Virus record (IMG/VR): IMGVR_UViG_3300030110_001912 | Location: 1 to 59,530 of that record | DNA length: 59,530 bases | Reading direction: 5' to 3' (one strand) | DNA from: a virus | Lineage: Duplodnaviria > Caudoviricetes | Part shown: positions 28,773 through 38,630 of the stretch, piece after piece | Layout of the letters: each line of letters starts with the position of its first letter | Position numbering within the stretch: the first letter of the stretch is position 1 | Notes under the pieces: model-generated | The model's database searches: none | Told to the model about the DNA's origin: nothing | Seen by the model: only the letters and a program-made list of their open reading frames with translations | Position numbers and translations under genes: made by a program

Positions 28773-29189
28773 GTGACTATGGAAAAGAATTTATGGCATC
28801 AACTTAACCTACTTCAAAAACAAGATAAGTCATGGCATATGACTAGGATAGAAAGTTCTACAATTAACGGAATACCTGATGTTCATGCGTGTGTGAATGG
28901 CAATTCATTTTGGTTAGAGTTAAAGTCAAATGAAGATAAGAATTTTGGATTATCCAAATATCAAATCATCTGGCAAATAGATTACATTAATGCAGGCGGT
29001 GTAGTTTACAACTTAGTTTTCACTCCCTTGCAGAGGGAGCTCAAACTTATGAGAATTTTGCCGTCAATGTTCGCTTTTTGTTCTGGTAAAGAGGACAAGA
29101 TAGAACGGTTCGAGATCCTTGCTAAAAAAAAATATAACAGTGATAACTTGCACGAAATAATTAAGTCGATTTCGATTCGGAATAGTTAG
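28773..29189 (+). CDS. PD-(D/E)XK nuclease, VRR-NUC/resolvase-like
   Basis: EKNLW..RIES...GIPDV..FWLELK..LSKYQI.W. Confidence 0.8.
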   Translation: MTMEKNLWHQLNLLQKQDKSWHMTRIESSTINGIPDVHACVNGNSFWLELKSNEDKNFGLSKYQIIWQIDYINAGGVVYNLVFTPLQRELKLMRILPSMFAFCSGKEDKIERFEILAKKKYNSDNLHEIIKSISIRNS

Positions 29190-29410
29190 TTCGCATAACA
29201 CACATTATGTTAAATTTAGGCGTTTGTTCTGGCTTCGTTCTTTGGGGATCTAAAAAGAAGGCTCAAGGTTTTTTTGGAAATGTAAAGTAGTTTTTTTTAT
29301 TTTTTTTAGGGTCAGCAAAATTTATGTTACTACAGATAGGTGTATAGGTTAAGTAAGATACATATATATAAGAACTAAACATCTAAATTTTTTTATGTTA
29401 TAAATATTGC

Positions 29411-30886
29411 ATGATTGATACTGAACATTTAACTACAGATAGATTACGATTACAAGTAGAAAAATTACATATTGAACATATTAAATTATGCCAAGATAAT
29501 TTTTTATATTTTGTGCAAGAATTGTGGCAAGATTTTATTTGTAGAAAAGAAAAACAAAAAAGCAAATGGGGTCATCATCAAATTATTGCAAATGAGTTTA
29601 CAAAAATAGCTTCTGAAAGAAAAGGAAGGCTCATAATAAATATGCCACCCAGACATACAAAATCAGAATTTGCATCTGTGTATTTTCCAGCATGGATAAT
29701 AGGGAGGTTTCCAAAATTAAAAATTATGCAAGTATCACACAATACAGAACTTGCAGTGCGATTTGGAAGTAAGGTTCGAAACATTATTGATTCATCAGAG
29801 TATCAACAAATTTTTGGTGATGTAAAATTGCGTGAGGACTCCAAAGCAAAAGGTAGATGGGAAACTAATCAAGGTGGAGAATATTACGCAGCTGGTGTGG
29901 GAGCATCGATAACTGGTCGTGGTGCGGACTTATTAATTATTGATGATCCTCATACGGAACAAGATTCAATGTCGGATATGGCAATGGAAAGAGCATATGA
30001 TTGGTATACATCAGGACCACGACAAAGATTACAACCAGGTGGATCTATATTATTAGTTATGACACGATGGGCGGAAGATGATTTAACTGGTAGATTATTG
30101 AAGGCTCAAAAAGAACCCAAAGCAGATTCATGGAAAACAATTTCTTTTCCAGCTATCTTACCAGATGGTAAACCAGTGTGGTCAGAATATTGGGAACTAT
30201 CTGAATTAGAAAAAATAAAAGCATCACTACCAGTTCGTAATTGGTCAGCTCAATATATGCAAGAACCAACATCCGAGGAAGGTGCTATTATTAAAAGAGA
30301 ATGGTGGCAACCTTGGAAGGAAGAACACATACCTAATTTAATTCATGTTATACAAAGTTATGATACGGCATTTAGTAAAAAAGAAACTGCTGACTATTCA
30401 GCGATTACAACTTGGGGAGTTTTTTATCCAGATGAAGTAACACCGAATATAATTTTGTTAGATGCTATTCGAGGTAAATATGATTTTCCAGAATTAAAAG
30501 TTGTTGCTATGGATGCGTATAAATATTGGGAAGCAGAAAGTGTTATCATAGAACAAAAAGCAAGTGGTGAACCTTTAACACAAGAATTTAGAAGAATGGG
30601 TATACCAGTTATTCCTTTTGTTCCAAGTAAAGGCAATGATAAATTTTCTAGAGTAAATGCAGTTGCTCCATTATTTGAAAGCGGTGCCGTATGGTATCCA
30701 CATGGAGAAAGTTTTGCAGATGCTGTAATAGAAGAATGTGCAAGTTTTCCTCATGGTGCAAATGATGATTATGTGGACAGTATGAGCCAAGCAATGCTTC
30801 GGTATAGACAAGGTAACTTTGTTGAACTATACTCGGACTATGTAGACAATGTTGATTTACCTCCAAAGGAATATAGTTATTACTAA
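29411..30886 (+). CDS. terL: Terminase large subunit
   Basis: MPPRHTKS, LLIIDDP, MTRW, SYDTA, DDYVDS. Confidence 0.96.
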   Translation: MIDTEHLTTDRLRLQVEKLHIEHIKLCQDNFLYFVQELWQDFICRKEKQKSKWGHHQIIANEFTKIASERKGRLIINMPPRHTKSEFASVYFPAWIIGRFPKLKIMQVSHNTELAVRFGSKVRNIIDSSEYQQIFGDVKLREDSKAKGRWETNQGGEYYAAGVGASITGRGADLLIIDDPHTEQDSMSDMAMERAYDWYTSGPRQRLQPGGSILLVMTRWAEDDLTGRLLKAQKEPKADSWKTISFPAILPDGKPVWSEYWELSELEKIKASLPVRNWSAQYMQEPTSEEGAIIKREWWQPWKEEHIPNLIHVIQSYDTAFSKKETADYSAITTWGVFYPDEVTPNIILLDAIRGKYDFPELKVVAMDAYKYWEAESVIIEQKASGEPLTQEFRRMGIPVIPFVPSKGNDKFSRVNAVAPLFESGAVWYPHGESFADAVIEECASFPHGANDDYVDSMSQAMLRYRQGNFVELYSDYVDNVDLPPKEYSYY

Positions 30887-30966
30887 TGATAAAAAAAATA
30901 AAAACAATAATAAAAAAAGTTAAAAGAAGGCTCTTTGGTAAATTGTGTGAGTGTGGTGAAAAATGA
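30886..30966 (+). CDS. Possible 26-aa basic peptide
   Basis: Coupled at both ends (TAATG, ATGA); ends LCECGEK. Confidence 0.4.
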   Translation: MIKKIKTIIKKVKRRLFGKLCECGEK

Positions 30967-31328
30967 GTGTTAAAAAAAATAGACAGTACGCAGAATTACC
31001 AGAAGAAGAAAAAGCTAAGTTAAAAAAAAAAGTAATTAAACCTAAAAAAAATAAAAAAAATATATCTGAAAAATTAAAAGCATTTTCTGAAATTACTGGA
31101 ATAGATCCTTTACAAGATTTTTTAGAAGGACCTACTCAAATTAATATGACCCCACCTGATTTAGCTAGTGATGTAAGAGCTAGAGTAGAACAACAAAAAG
31201 CAAGAATAGCTTCTGCACCAAAAATGTTTCCTATGTATTATGAAAATGCTAATAAAGGAAAATTTTTTAATAAAACTGTAAAAGCTAAATGTAAATTAGG
31301 TAAAACAAAAAAAACAAAGTTATATTAA
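30963..31328 (+). CDS. Small basic hypothetical protein
   Basis: K-rich ends; lies between terL and portal. Confidence 0.65.
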   Translation: MSVKKNRQYAELPEEEKAKLKKKVIKPKKNKKNISEKLKAFSEITGIDPLQDFLEGPTQINMTPPDLASDVRARVEQQKARIASAPKMFPMYYENANKGKFFNKTVKAKCKLGKTKKTKLY

Positions 31329-33700
31329 TGGTAGAAGAAAACAAAGAAATAAAAAAGGGAGAAGCTGATGAAGAAACTACGCAAGAAGCTCCAGTCGTTG
31401 AAGAAGAAGTTAATGTTGAAGTTAAAGAACCTTCTGAAGAAAACGAAGAGAGCCAAGAAGAAAAAATCAAAGAGCTAGTTGATGAAGTAAAACTATTTTA
31501 TTCTAACTTAGCCGAGGATATGGATGATAGAGTTCTTGGAAGAATATCAAGTGAACTAATAGCAGATTACAAAAAAGATAAAGAAAGTCGAAGTGACTGG
31601 GAAAAGTCTTATACCTCTGGGTTAGACTTATTGGGGTTTAAGTACGACAATGAGAGTAGACCATTTCAAGGTGCGAGTTCCGTTACACATCCACTACTTG
31701 CAGAATCTGTAACACAGTTTCAAGCTCAAGCCTATAAAGAGTTGTTACCTTCTGATGGTCCTGTTCGTACTCAAGTGGTAGGGGAGCAAACCAGAGAAAG
31801 AGAGGAACAAGCTCAACGAGTCAAAGAGTTTATGAATTATATGATAATGGAACAGATGGAAGAGTATACTCCAGACTTTGACCAATTATTATTTTATCTT
31901 CCATTAGCTGGTTCTGCGTTTAAAAAAATATATTATGACGAAGTTATGCAAAGAGCAATTGCTAAATTTATTCCAGCAGAGGATCTTGTTGTTCCGTATT
32001 ATGCAACAGATCTAAAAGATTGTGAAAGAATAACACATGTAGTTAAAATGAGTGAAAACGATATTCTAAAAAAACAAAGAACTGGTTTTTATAGAGATGT
32101 TGAAATTTTACCAAGTCGCATGAATGACGACTCAGTGCAAGATAAATATGATTCTATAGAAGGAGTAACTCCTTCAGAGGATAAAGAATATCAGTTTAAT
32201 GTTTTAGAGATGCACGTAGATTTAGACATAGGTGAGTATGAATCAGAAACATCAGAAAAAAATATAAAGATACCTTACATTGTAACGATTGATGAAGGCT
32301 CGCAAGAAGTTCTTTCAATTTATCGTAATTACGATATGAACGATCCTTTAATGAAAAGAAAAGAATATTTTGTTCATTATAAGTTTTTACCTGGTTTGGG
32401 ATTTTATGGGTTTGGTTTAATACACATGATTGGTGGATTATCAAAAACTGCCACTGCTGCATTGAGACAATTATTAGATGCTGGTACTCTAAGTAACTTA
32501 CCTGCTGGTTTTAAGTCACGAGGTCTACGAATTAGAGATGATGATCAACCTTTTCAACCAGGTGAGTTCAGAGATGTTGATGCACCTGGCGGTAATATTA
32601 AAGATCAATTTCAAATTTTACCATTTAAAGAACCAAGTTCAGTATTATTTTCGTTGTTAGGCTTTGTTGTGCAAGCTGGACAAAGATTTGCAGCTATAAC
32701 AGACAATGCGATAGGCAATGATGCACAAAATAGAGCTGTTGGAACGACTATTGCCCTCTTGGAACGAGGCTCAAGGGTCATGAGTGCTATTCATAAGCGT
32801 TGTTACTATGCAATGAGACAAGAATTTCGTTTATTAGCTAATATTTTCGGCACTTATTTACCGCCAATTTACCCTTATGCTGTTTATGGTGGTAATCGAC
32901 TAATAAAAGTAGCTGATTTTTCACCAGAAGTTGATGTTATACCAGTTGCCGACCCAAATATCTTCTCTATGGCACAAAGAGTTACACTAGCACAGACACA
33001 ATTACAAATTGCACAGTCAAATCCACAATTACACAACATTCGTGAAGCATATAGAAGAGTATATGAAGCATTAGGCACGAAACAAATTGATACAATCTTA
33101 AAACCAGAGAGAGTACCTCAACCTTTAGATCCATCGATAGAAAATGCGGAAGCTTTAAGGATGGAAATACCAAAAGCATACCCAGAACAAAACCATGATG
33201 CACATATTATTGCACATACTGCGTTTATCAAAAGCAGAATGGTACAAATTAATCCAATGGTGTATGCATTACTACAAGCACATATTGCAGAACATTTATC
33301 ATTCAAAGCAAGAGCTTTAATATTACAAGAATTACAAGCAAAACCAGAAACTTTAGTATTACAAAAAGATAATCCACAAGCATTCTTGGTAATTACAGAA
33401 TCTTTAGTTGCTGATAAGATTGCACAACTTACTTCAGAGCTACAATTACTAGAAAGTGCACAAGAAAAGAAAGATCCATTAGTTCAACTAAAACAACAAG
33501 AGATGGATTTACGAGCTTTGGATATGCAAAGAAAAATTCAAGAGCATGTGGATGTAGAAGAAAGAAAGATGGGAGAGTTTGAACAAAAACTTGATTTAGA
33601 AAAGATGAAACGAGAAGATAGTGAAGAGCAAGGTGAAGAAAGAATACGAATAGCAGAAGAAAAATTAAAAGTAGCAAAGGAAAAAAATGAGAAGAAATAA
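31328..33700 (+). CDS. Portal protein
   Basis: 790 aa after terL; HPLLAE, G.AFKK.YYD, FYG.GL, LLDAG; coiled-coil C-terminus. Confidence 0.9.
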   Translation: MVEENKEIKKGEADEETTQEAPVVEEEVNVEVKEPSEENEESQEEKIKELVDEVKLFYSNLAEDMDDRVLGRISSELIADYKKDKESRSDWEKSYTSGLDLLGFKYDNESRPFQGASSVTHPLLAESVTQFQAQAYKELLPSDGPVRTQVVGEQTREREEQAQRVKEFMNYMIMEQMEEYTPDFDQLLFYLPLAGSAFKKIYYDEVMQRAIAKFIPAEDLVVPYYATDLKDCERITHVVKMSENDILKKQRTGFYRDVEILPSRMNDDSVQDKYDSIEGVTPSEDKEYQFNVLEMHVDLDIGEYESETSEKNIKIPYIVTIDEGSQEVLSIYRNYDMNDPLMKRKEYFVHYKFLPGLGFYGFGLIHMIGGLSKTATAALRQLLDAGTLSNLPAGFKSRGLRIRDDDQPFQPGEFRDVDAPGGNIKDQFQILPFKEPSSVLFSLLGFVVQAGQRFAAITDNAIGNDAQNRAVGTTIALLERGSRVMSAIHKRCYYAMRQEFRLLANIFGTYLPPIYPYAVYGGNRLIKVADFSPEVDVIPVADPNIFSMAQRVTLAQTQLQIAQSNPQLHNIREAYRRVYEALGTKQIDTILKPERVPQPLDPSIENAEALRMEIPKAYPEQNHDAHIIAHTAFIKSRMVQINPMVYALLQAHIAEHLSFKARALILQELQAKPETLVLQKDNPQAFLVITESLVADKIAQLTSELQLLESAQEKKDPLVQLKQQEMDLRALDMQRKIQEHVDVEERKMGEFEQKLDLEKMKREDSEEQGEERIRIAEEKLKVAKEKNEKK

Positions 33701-34160
33701 AGCACTACCACCGAAACGAGGTCCTAACCCTCAAGGTTTTAATCAAGGAGACGAAATAAAAGTAAAAGGGTTAAAGTTTCGTGCTAGTGGAGATTTAAGT
33801 TATGAAAAAAATATACAACCACAAACAAAAGTAAAAGCTACATATAATGTAAAAGATAAAAAGCTTAAAAATATTAAATTAAAAACAAAAATTGGCGGTG
33901 GAGATTTAAATGTATTTAAGGATAAATTTTCAACTACTGCTAGTTATACTAAAAATTTTAAAAACAAATTAAATGTAGATGTTGGTGCTTACAAAAATAA
34001 ATATGACAAAGGATTGAATATTAGACTAACAAAAAAATTTAGCCAAGGCGATCTATCAGATATTGGTTGCCCTCATCGTGAAAATGGTGTACAAGGAAGT
34101 GATATTAAGGGAGTAAAACCAATACAAGTAAAAGGAAAAAAATTCATTGGTGTTAAATGA
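33687..34160 (+). CDS. Basic protein with a beta-strand-rich core
   Basis: PPKRGPNPQG N-terminus; alternating beta pattern; KF.GVK C-terminus. Confidence 0.65.
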   Translation: MRRNKALPPKRGPNPQGFNQGDEIKVKGLKFRASGDLSYEKNIQPQTKVKATYNVKDKKLKNIKLKTKIGGGDLNVFKDKFSTTASYTKNFKNKLNVDVGAYKNKYDKGLNIRLTKKFSQGDLSDIGCPHRENGVQGSDIKGVKPIQVKGKKFIGVK

Positions 34161-34753
34161 TAGATGGGGACTCTAGCGAATACAGTTTCATTAGCGAAGA
34201 AATAGAAAAATTAAATTTAGAAGATGTAGTTTTAACTTGTGAGATTGGTTTACGAAGAGGACTAGGTTCTAAAATAATTATGGATTCTGTTAGAAAAAAA
34301 AAAGTAAAACATTATAGACATATAGCAATAGATCCATACGGTGATTTAGAATACAAACATTACGACAATGCTTTTCCATGTAGAAAGGATTATACGGAAT
34401 TTATGAAAGTAGAAACTGTAAGTGAGTTATCTAAATATACAGAGTTTGCTTTTTTTGAGTTTCCAGATACATATTTTTTTGAAACTATGGATAAAGGTTA
34501 TCCGTTTTCCATAGATAATAAAACAGCTATTCTAGGATTATATTCTGTTGTACATCTTGATGGACCACACACAACGGAGGCTGTTGAAAATGAAATTAAT
34601 TTTTTTATGAAACGAATGGCTGATGAAAGTATTTTAATAATAGATGATTTTAATGAATTAAAAATTCAATCAATAGTCTCTGCTTTGCAAGAAGTTGATT
34701 TTAAAGCAGTGAGAAAAGGAAGCAGAAAATTAATTTTTAAAAGGAGTATATAA
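34157..34753 (+). CDS. Class I SAM-dependent methyltransferase (Methyltransf_24-like)
   Basis: CEIGLRRGLGS, IDPY, VHLDGPH, IIDD. Confidence 0.8.
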   Translation: MIDGDSSEYSFISEEIEKLNLEDVVLTCEIGLRRGLGSKIIMDSVRKKKVKHYRHIAIDPYGDLEYKHYDNAFPCRKDYTEFMKVETVSELSKYTEFAFFEFPDTYFFETMDKGYPFSIDNKTAILGLYSVVHLDGPHTTEAVENEINFFMKRMADESILIIDDFNELKIQSIVSALQEVDFKAVRKGSRKLIFKRSI

Positions 34754-35142
34754 TGGCATTAACAGCATTAATAGGACCAGCAACTAAATTAATAGGAAAA
34801 TTTGTAAGAGATAAAGACAAGGCAGCACAACTAAGTCACGAAATATCTACTATGGCAGAAAAACACGCACAAGAATTAGCTCTTGCTCAAATAAAATTAA
34901 ACACAGAAGAAGCAAAAGGTAATTGGTTTCAATCATCGTGGCGGCCATTGTGCGGTTGGATTTGTGCGTTATCTCTAGGAATAAATTTTATGGTAGCTCC
35001 GATTTGTGCTGGATTTGGTATTACTGTTCCACAAGCGGACATGTCTATCATGATGCCGTTGCTACTTGGCATGTTAGGAATTGGTGGATTACGCAGCCTA
35101 GACAAAATAAAAAAAGTAGACACTAAAGTTATGAAAAAATGA
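34753..35142 (+). CDS. Putative holin (3TM/GTA-holin-like)
   Basis: WRP..GW motif, TM helices, LGMLG.GG.RS.DK. Confidence 0.75.
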   Translation: MALTALIGPATKLIGKFVRDKDKAAQLSHEISTMAEKHAQELALAQIKLNTEEAKGNWFQSSWRPLCGWICALSLGINFMVAPICAGFGITVPQADMSIMMPLLLGMLGIGGLRSLDKIKKVDTKVMKK

Positions 35143-35384
35143 AAAAACGAATACATATAAACCAACATAAAATTAGAAGTAACAAAAAAAATAATACTAA
35201 TGAACAAGTTATTACTGTGAAGACATCAAAAAATAATTATTATGTAGACGAGGTTGAGGTAAAAGGTTTATGTAAGGTTGTCTATAAACCAGATAAACCT
35301 TTATCTTGTGGAGCAAAAGTTTGGATAGAGACAAGCGATGAAGTCATCATGAAAGATAATGATTTTGTTACAAAAATTTTATGA
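35139..35384 (+). CDS. Conserved-looking small hypothetical protein
   Basis: IHINQH.I..N..VY.PDKPLSCGAKVWIET. Confidence 0.7.
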   Translation: MKKRIHINQHKIRSNKKNNTNEQVITVKTSKNNYYVDEVEVKGLCKVVYKPDKPLSCGAKVWIETSDEVIMKDNDFVTKIL

Positions 35385-35965
35385 TACCTTTTCCAAATAA
35401 AAAATATAATATTATCTATGCGGATCCACCTTGGTCTTATAAAGTATGGACAGCTAAAGGGGGACATAAATCTGCTTCTGCTCATTACAATGTCATGGAC
35501 ATAGAGGACATTAAAAGTTTACCAGTTCATAAGATTGCCGACAAAGATTGTGTTTTATTTATTTGGGTAACTTTTCCAAATTTAGTTGAAGGAATAGATA
35601 CATTACAAAGTTGGGGATTTACTTATAAAACTTGTGGTTTTGTATGGGTAAAAACAAATAGAAATTATAGTATAAACCAAACTTCTTTTTTACCTACAGA
35701 TTCTTTAGACACCTTTATGGGTTTAGGTTACTGGACAAGAGCTAATTCAGAACTTTGTTTAATAGGAACAAAAGGAAAAATTAGAAGAGAGAATAATTCA
35801 GTTCATCAAATTATTTATGATCCATTAAGAGAACATTCTAGAAAGCCAGATTGCACTAGAGAAAAAATAGTAAAATTAATGGGAGATAAACCAAGAATAG
35901 AATTGTTTGCAAGACGAGAAACAAAGGGTTGGGATGTATGGGGTAATGAAGTATGTATGACATAG
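35381..35965 (+). CDS. MT-A70-family N6-adenine methyltransferase
   Basis: IYADPPW, LFIW, WGF.YKT, GYWTR.N.E, HSRKP, ELFAR, WGNE. Confidence 0.93.
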   Translation: MIPFPNKKYNIIYADPPWSYKVWTAKGGHKSASAHYNVMDIEDIKSLPVHKIADKDCVLFIWVTFPNLVEGIDTLQSWGFTYKTCGFVWVKTNRNYSINQTSFLPTDSLDTFMGLGYWTRANSELCLIGTKGKIRRENNSVHQIIYDPLREHSRKPDCTREKIVKLMGDKPRIELFARRETKGWDVWGNEVCMT

Positions 35966-36135
35966 ATACATTATTAGCTATTAAAAAAATGTTGCAAAAA
36001 GAAATCGAAATAGCAAAAGATAATATTATCTACAGTGTAGACACTTCAGAAAATTTACAGTATGCTAGAGGCAAGCTCAATGCATTAGAGGCATTGCAAC
36101 AGGATATTATGAACCTGCAAAAAGAGGATGAATGA
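35953..36135 (+). CDS. Small hypothetical protein
   Basis: Helical, Y.RG motif; precedes GroES. Confidence 0.6.
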   Translation: MYDIDTLLAIKKMLQKEIEIAKDNIIYSVDTSENLQYARGKLNALEALQQDIMNLQKEDE

Positions 36136-36551
36136 AACTTATAAAACCAAAAAAATATGATACATCTGAAAAAAATGCTATCATTCCCAAGGGTACAAAA
36201 CAAACCGAAGAATATCTAAATTTAATTCCTACACCTGTAGGGTATCGTATATTAGTACGACCTTATTCTGGTAAGAAAAAAACAGATGGTGGAATTATAC
36301 TTACTGATCAATCAAAAGAAACCATAGAAATTACTACAGTAGTTGGTTTAGTAATTAAAATGGGGGATATGTGTTATAAAGATACTGAGAGATTTCCTAA
36401 TGGACCATGGTGCAAAGAAGGTCAATTTGTTATCTATGGTCGATATGCTGGAGCTAGATTTAAAACTAAATTTGGTGAACATAGAATTTTAAATGACGAT
36501 GAAATAATAGGTACAATAAAAAAACCTGAAGACATACTTGCACTATTTTAA
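36132..36551 (+). CDS. groES: GroES-like co-chaperonin
   Basis: PVGYRILVRP, KTDGGIIL, YGRYAG, ILNDDEIIG. Confidence 0.88.
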   Translation: MKLIKPKKYDTSEKNAIIPKGTKQTEEYLNLIPTPVGYRILVRPYSGKKKTDGGIILTDQSKETIEITTVVGLVIKMGDMCYKDTERFPNGPWCKEGQFVIYGRYAGARFKTKFGEHRILNDDEIIGTIKKPEDILALF

Positions 36552-36560
36552 GGAGAAATT

Positions 36561-37511
36561 ATGGCACAACAAAAACTAGAATTAAATAGAGATGAAGAAA
36601 AAGTATCTGTTGGAGAAGATGCTTTTGAAGAAAAACAATTAGATGTGGAAAAAGTTTCAGAGGAAAAAGATGTAAAACTTGAAGAAGTAGATTTAGGATA
36701 TACAGATCCAGTAAAAAAAGACACAGAAGCAAAAATAGAAACAAAAGAAGAGAAGACCGCTGAACCAAAATCTAATCTTAATGAAGTATCCGAAAGTGTA
36801 CAAAGAAGAATAGATCAACTTACAAGAAAATACAGAGAAGCAGAAAGAAGAGAAAAAGCTGCTTTAGATTATGCAAAAGGTCTACAAGATAAATATAGTA
36901 AAGCTGAAAAAACAATAAATTCTGTAGATACTAATTATATAAAAGAATTTGATGCACGAATAGATGCACAAAGAGAACAAGTTAAAAGTAATTTAAAAGC
37001 TGCTATTGAGAATAACGATGTAGATAAAATTACGGAAGCTAATGATTTATTAGCTAAATTGTCTGTAGAAAAAGAAAAAGCTAGAATACTAACAGAACAA
37101 AAAAAAGAAGCAGATCAGTCTAAAGAACAACAACAAGAACAACCAAAAATTGAGCAACCAAAAATTGAGCAACCAAGAAAAGAACCTACTGGTAAAGCAA
37201 AAGATTGGGCACAAAAAAATACATGGTTTGGAAAAGACAAAGTCATGACAAGTGCAGCTTATGGAATACATGAAGATTTAATCGCACAAGGGTTTGACCC
37301 AGAGAGTGAAGATTACTATAATGAAATAAATTTCAAGATGAGGGAGTATTTTCCTAATAAGTTTGAAGTAGAACAACGACCTCCACAAACTGTCGCTTCG
37401 GCGGGAAGAAAACAAGAAGGTCGCAGAACTGTGAAGCTCACTCGATCACAGGTAGCAATAGCTAAAAAGTTGGGTGTACCGTTGGAAGAATACGCTAAAT
37501 TTGTAAAATAG
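36561..37511 (+). CDS. Capsid scaffolding protein
   Basis: Acidic coiled coil; W...N.WF; C-terminal IAKKLGV..EEYAK. Confidence 0.8.
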   Translation: MAQQKLELNRDEEKVSVGEDAFEEKQLDVEKVSEEKDVKLEEVDLGYTDPVKKDTEAKIETKEEKTAEPKSNLNEVSESVQRRIDQLTRKYREAERREKAALDYAKGLQDKYSKAEKTINSVDTNYIKEFDARIDAQREQVKSNLKAAIENNDVDKITEANDLLAKLSVEKEKARILTEQKKEADQSKEQQQEQPKIEQPKIEQPRKEPTGKAKDWAQKNTWFGKDKVMTSAAYGIHEDLIAQGFDPESEDYYNEINFKMREYFPNKFEVEQRPPQTVASAGRKQEGRRTVKLTRSQVAIAKKLGVPLEEYAKFVK

Positions 37512-37519
37512 GAGTTACT

Positions 37520-37984
37520 ATGGAAAAAGTAAACAGAGGCTCACGAACATCCGAAGTGAGAGATACTAGAAAAAAACAATGGATGCCTCCGTCAAGTTTG
37601 GATGCACCTCCTGCACCAAGAGGATATAAACATAGGTGGATAAGAACTGAAACTATGGGTCAAGAAGATACAGGTAATGTATCTAAGAAACTTAGAGAAG
37701 GTTGGGAGTTTGTTAGAGCTGAAGAAATTACTAAAGCTATAGGCAAACATGATTATCCAGTTATAAGTGAAGGTAAATATCAGGGGTTAATCGGAGTTGG
37801 TGGGCTCGTGTTGGCGAGAATACCTGAAGAAATAGTTGAACAACGCAAAGAGTATTTTAGTAATAAAACTACTGATCAAATGAAAGCCGTTGACAATGAT
37901 GTTCTAAGGGAACAACGACCAGAGATGCCAATTAATGTTGATAGGCAATCTCGTGTTACTTTTGGTGGTGGTCGTAAACCTTAA
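37520..37984 (+). CDS. Conserved head-module hypothetical protein
   Basis: W.PPS.LDAP, HRWIR, EGWE motifs; between scaffold and capsid genes. Confidence 0.7.
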   Translation: MEKVNRGSRTSEVRDTRKKQWMPPSSLDAPPAPRGYKHRWIRTETMGQEDTGNVSKKLREGWEFVRAEEITKAIGKHDYPVISEGKYQGLIGVGGLVLARIPEEIVEQRKEYFSNKTTDQMKAVDNDVLREQRPEMPINVDRQSRVTFGGGRKP

Positions 37985-38029
37985 TTTACAACCACTTTAT
38001 TTTGAACAAGCCTAATAAGGAGATATTTT

Positions 38030-38620
38030 ATGGCGAATGTAAGTGAAAAATTTGGTCTTAGACCATATAAGAATCTTAATGGTGCGTCTTGGAATAATGC
38101 TCAAAATAAATATACCATAGCCTCAAATTACGGAACTGCTATTTTCCAAGGAGACCTTGTAATACCTCATACTGATGGGACTATTAGAAGGCATACTGCT
38201 GGAAACGCAACCCCAGTGCTAGGTGTATTTAATGGAGTATTTTACACAGATCCAACTACTAAGAAACCAACTTTTAGCAATTACTATCCTGGTAGCATAG
38301 TTGCATCAGATATTGTTGCTAATGTAATAGACGACCCTGGCACATTATTTTTAGTTGATGCTGATGAAGCTTTTGCTAGAACTAACTGTTTTATGAACTA
38401 TTCAGTAACAAATGTTACTGGTAGTACAGATACAGGTATTTCAAAAGTTCAATTAGATGTAAGTGCTACTAGTAGCTCATTTACTTTTGCGTTAATGGCT
38501 GTTGACATATGTCAAGATGTAAACAATGAAGATCAAACAACAGCAAACGCAAATATAATTGTGCGTATCAATAACCACTTTTATCAGCCTAATAATCAAG
38601 CTGATACTGGTAAGAATTAA
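38030..38620 (+). CDS. Putative capsid decoration/cement protein
   Basis: FGLRP, IFQGD motifs; immediately upstream of the major capsid gene. Confidence 0.6.
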   Translation: MANVSEKFGLRPYKNLNGASWNNAQNKYTIASNYGTAIFQGDLVIPHTDGTIRRHTAGNATPVLGVFNGVFYTDPTTKKPTFSNYYPGSIVASDIVANVIDDPGTLFLVDADEAFARTNCFMNYSVTNVTGSTDTGISKVQLDVSATSSSFTFALMAVDICQDVNNEDQTTANANIIVRINNHFYQPNNQADTGKN

Positions 38621-38630
38621 GGAGTAAATC

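Noticed and set aside
34923-35126. Alternative-frame ORF in the holin gene as a spanin or antiholin
   Set aside because: No convincing RBS or lipobox; not fully excluded
37138-37175. 15-bp tandem repeat (EQPKI, about 2.5 copies) in the scaffold gene
   Set aside because: Ordinary linker slippage
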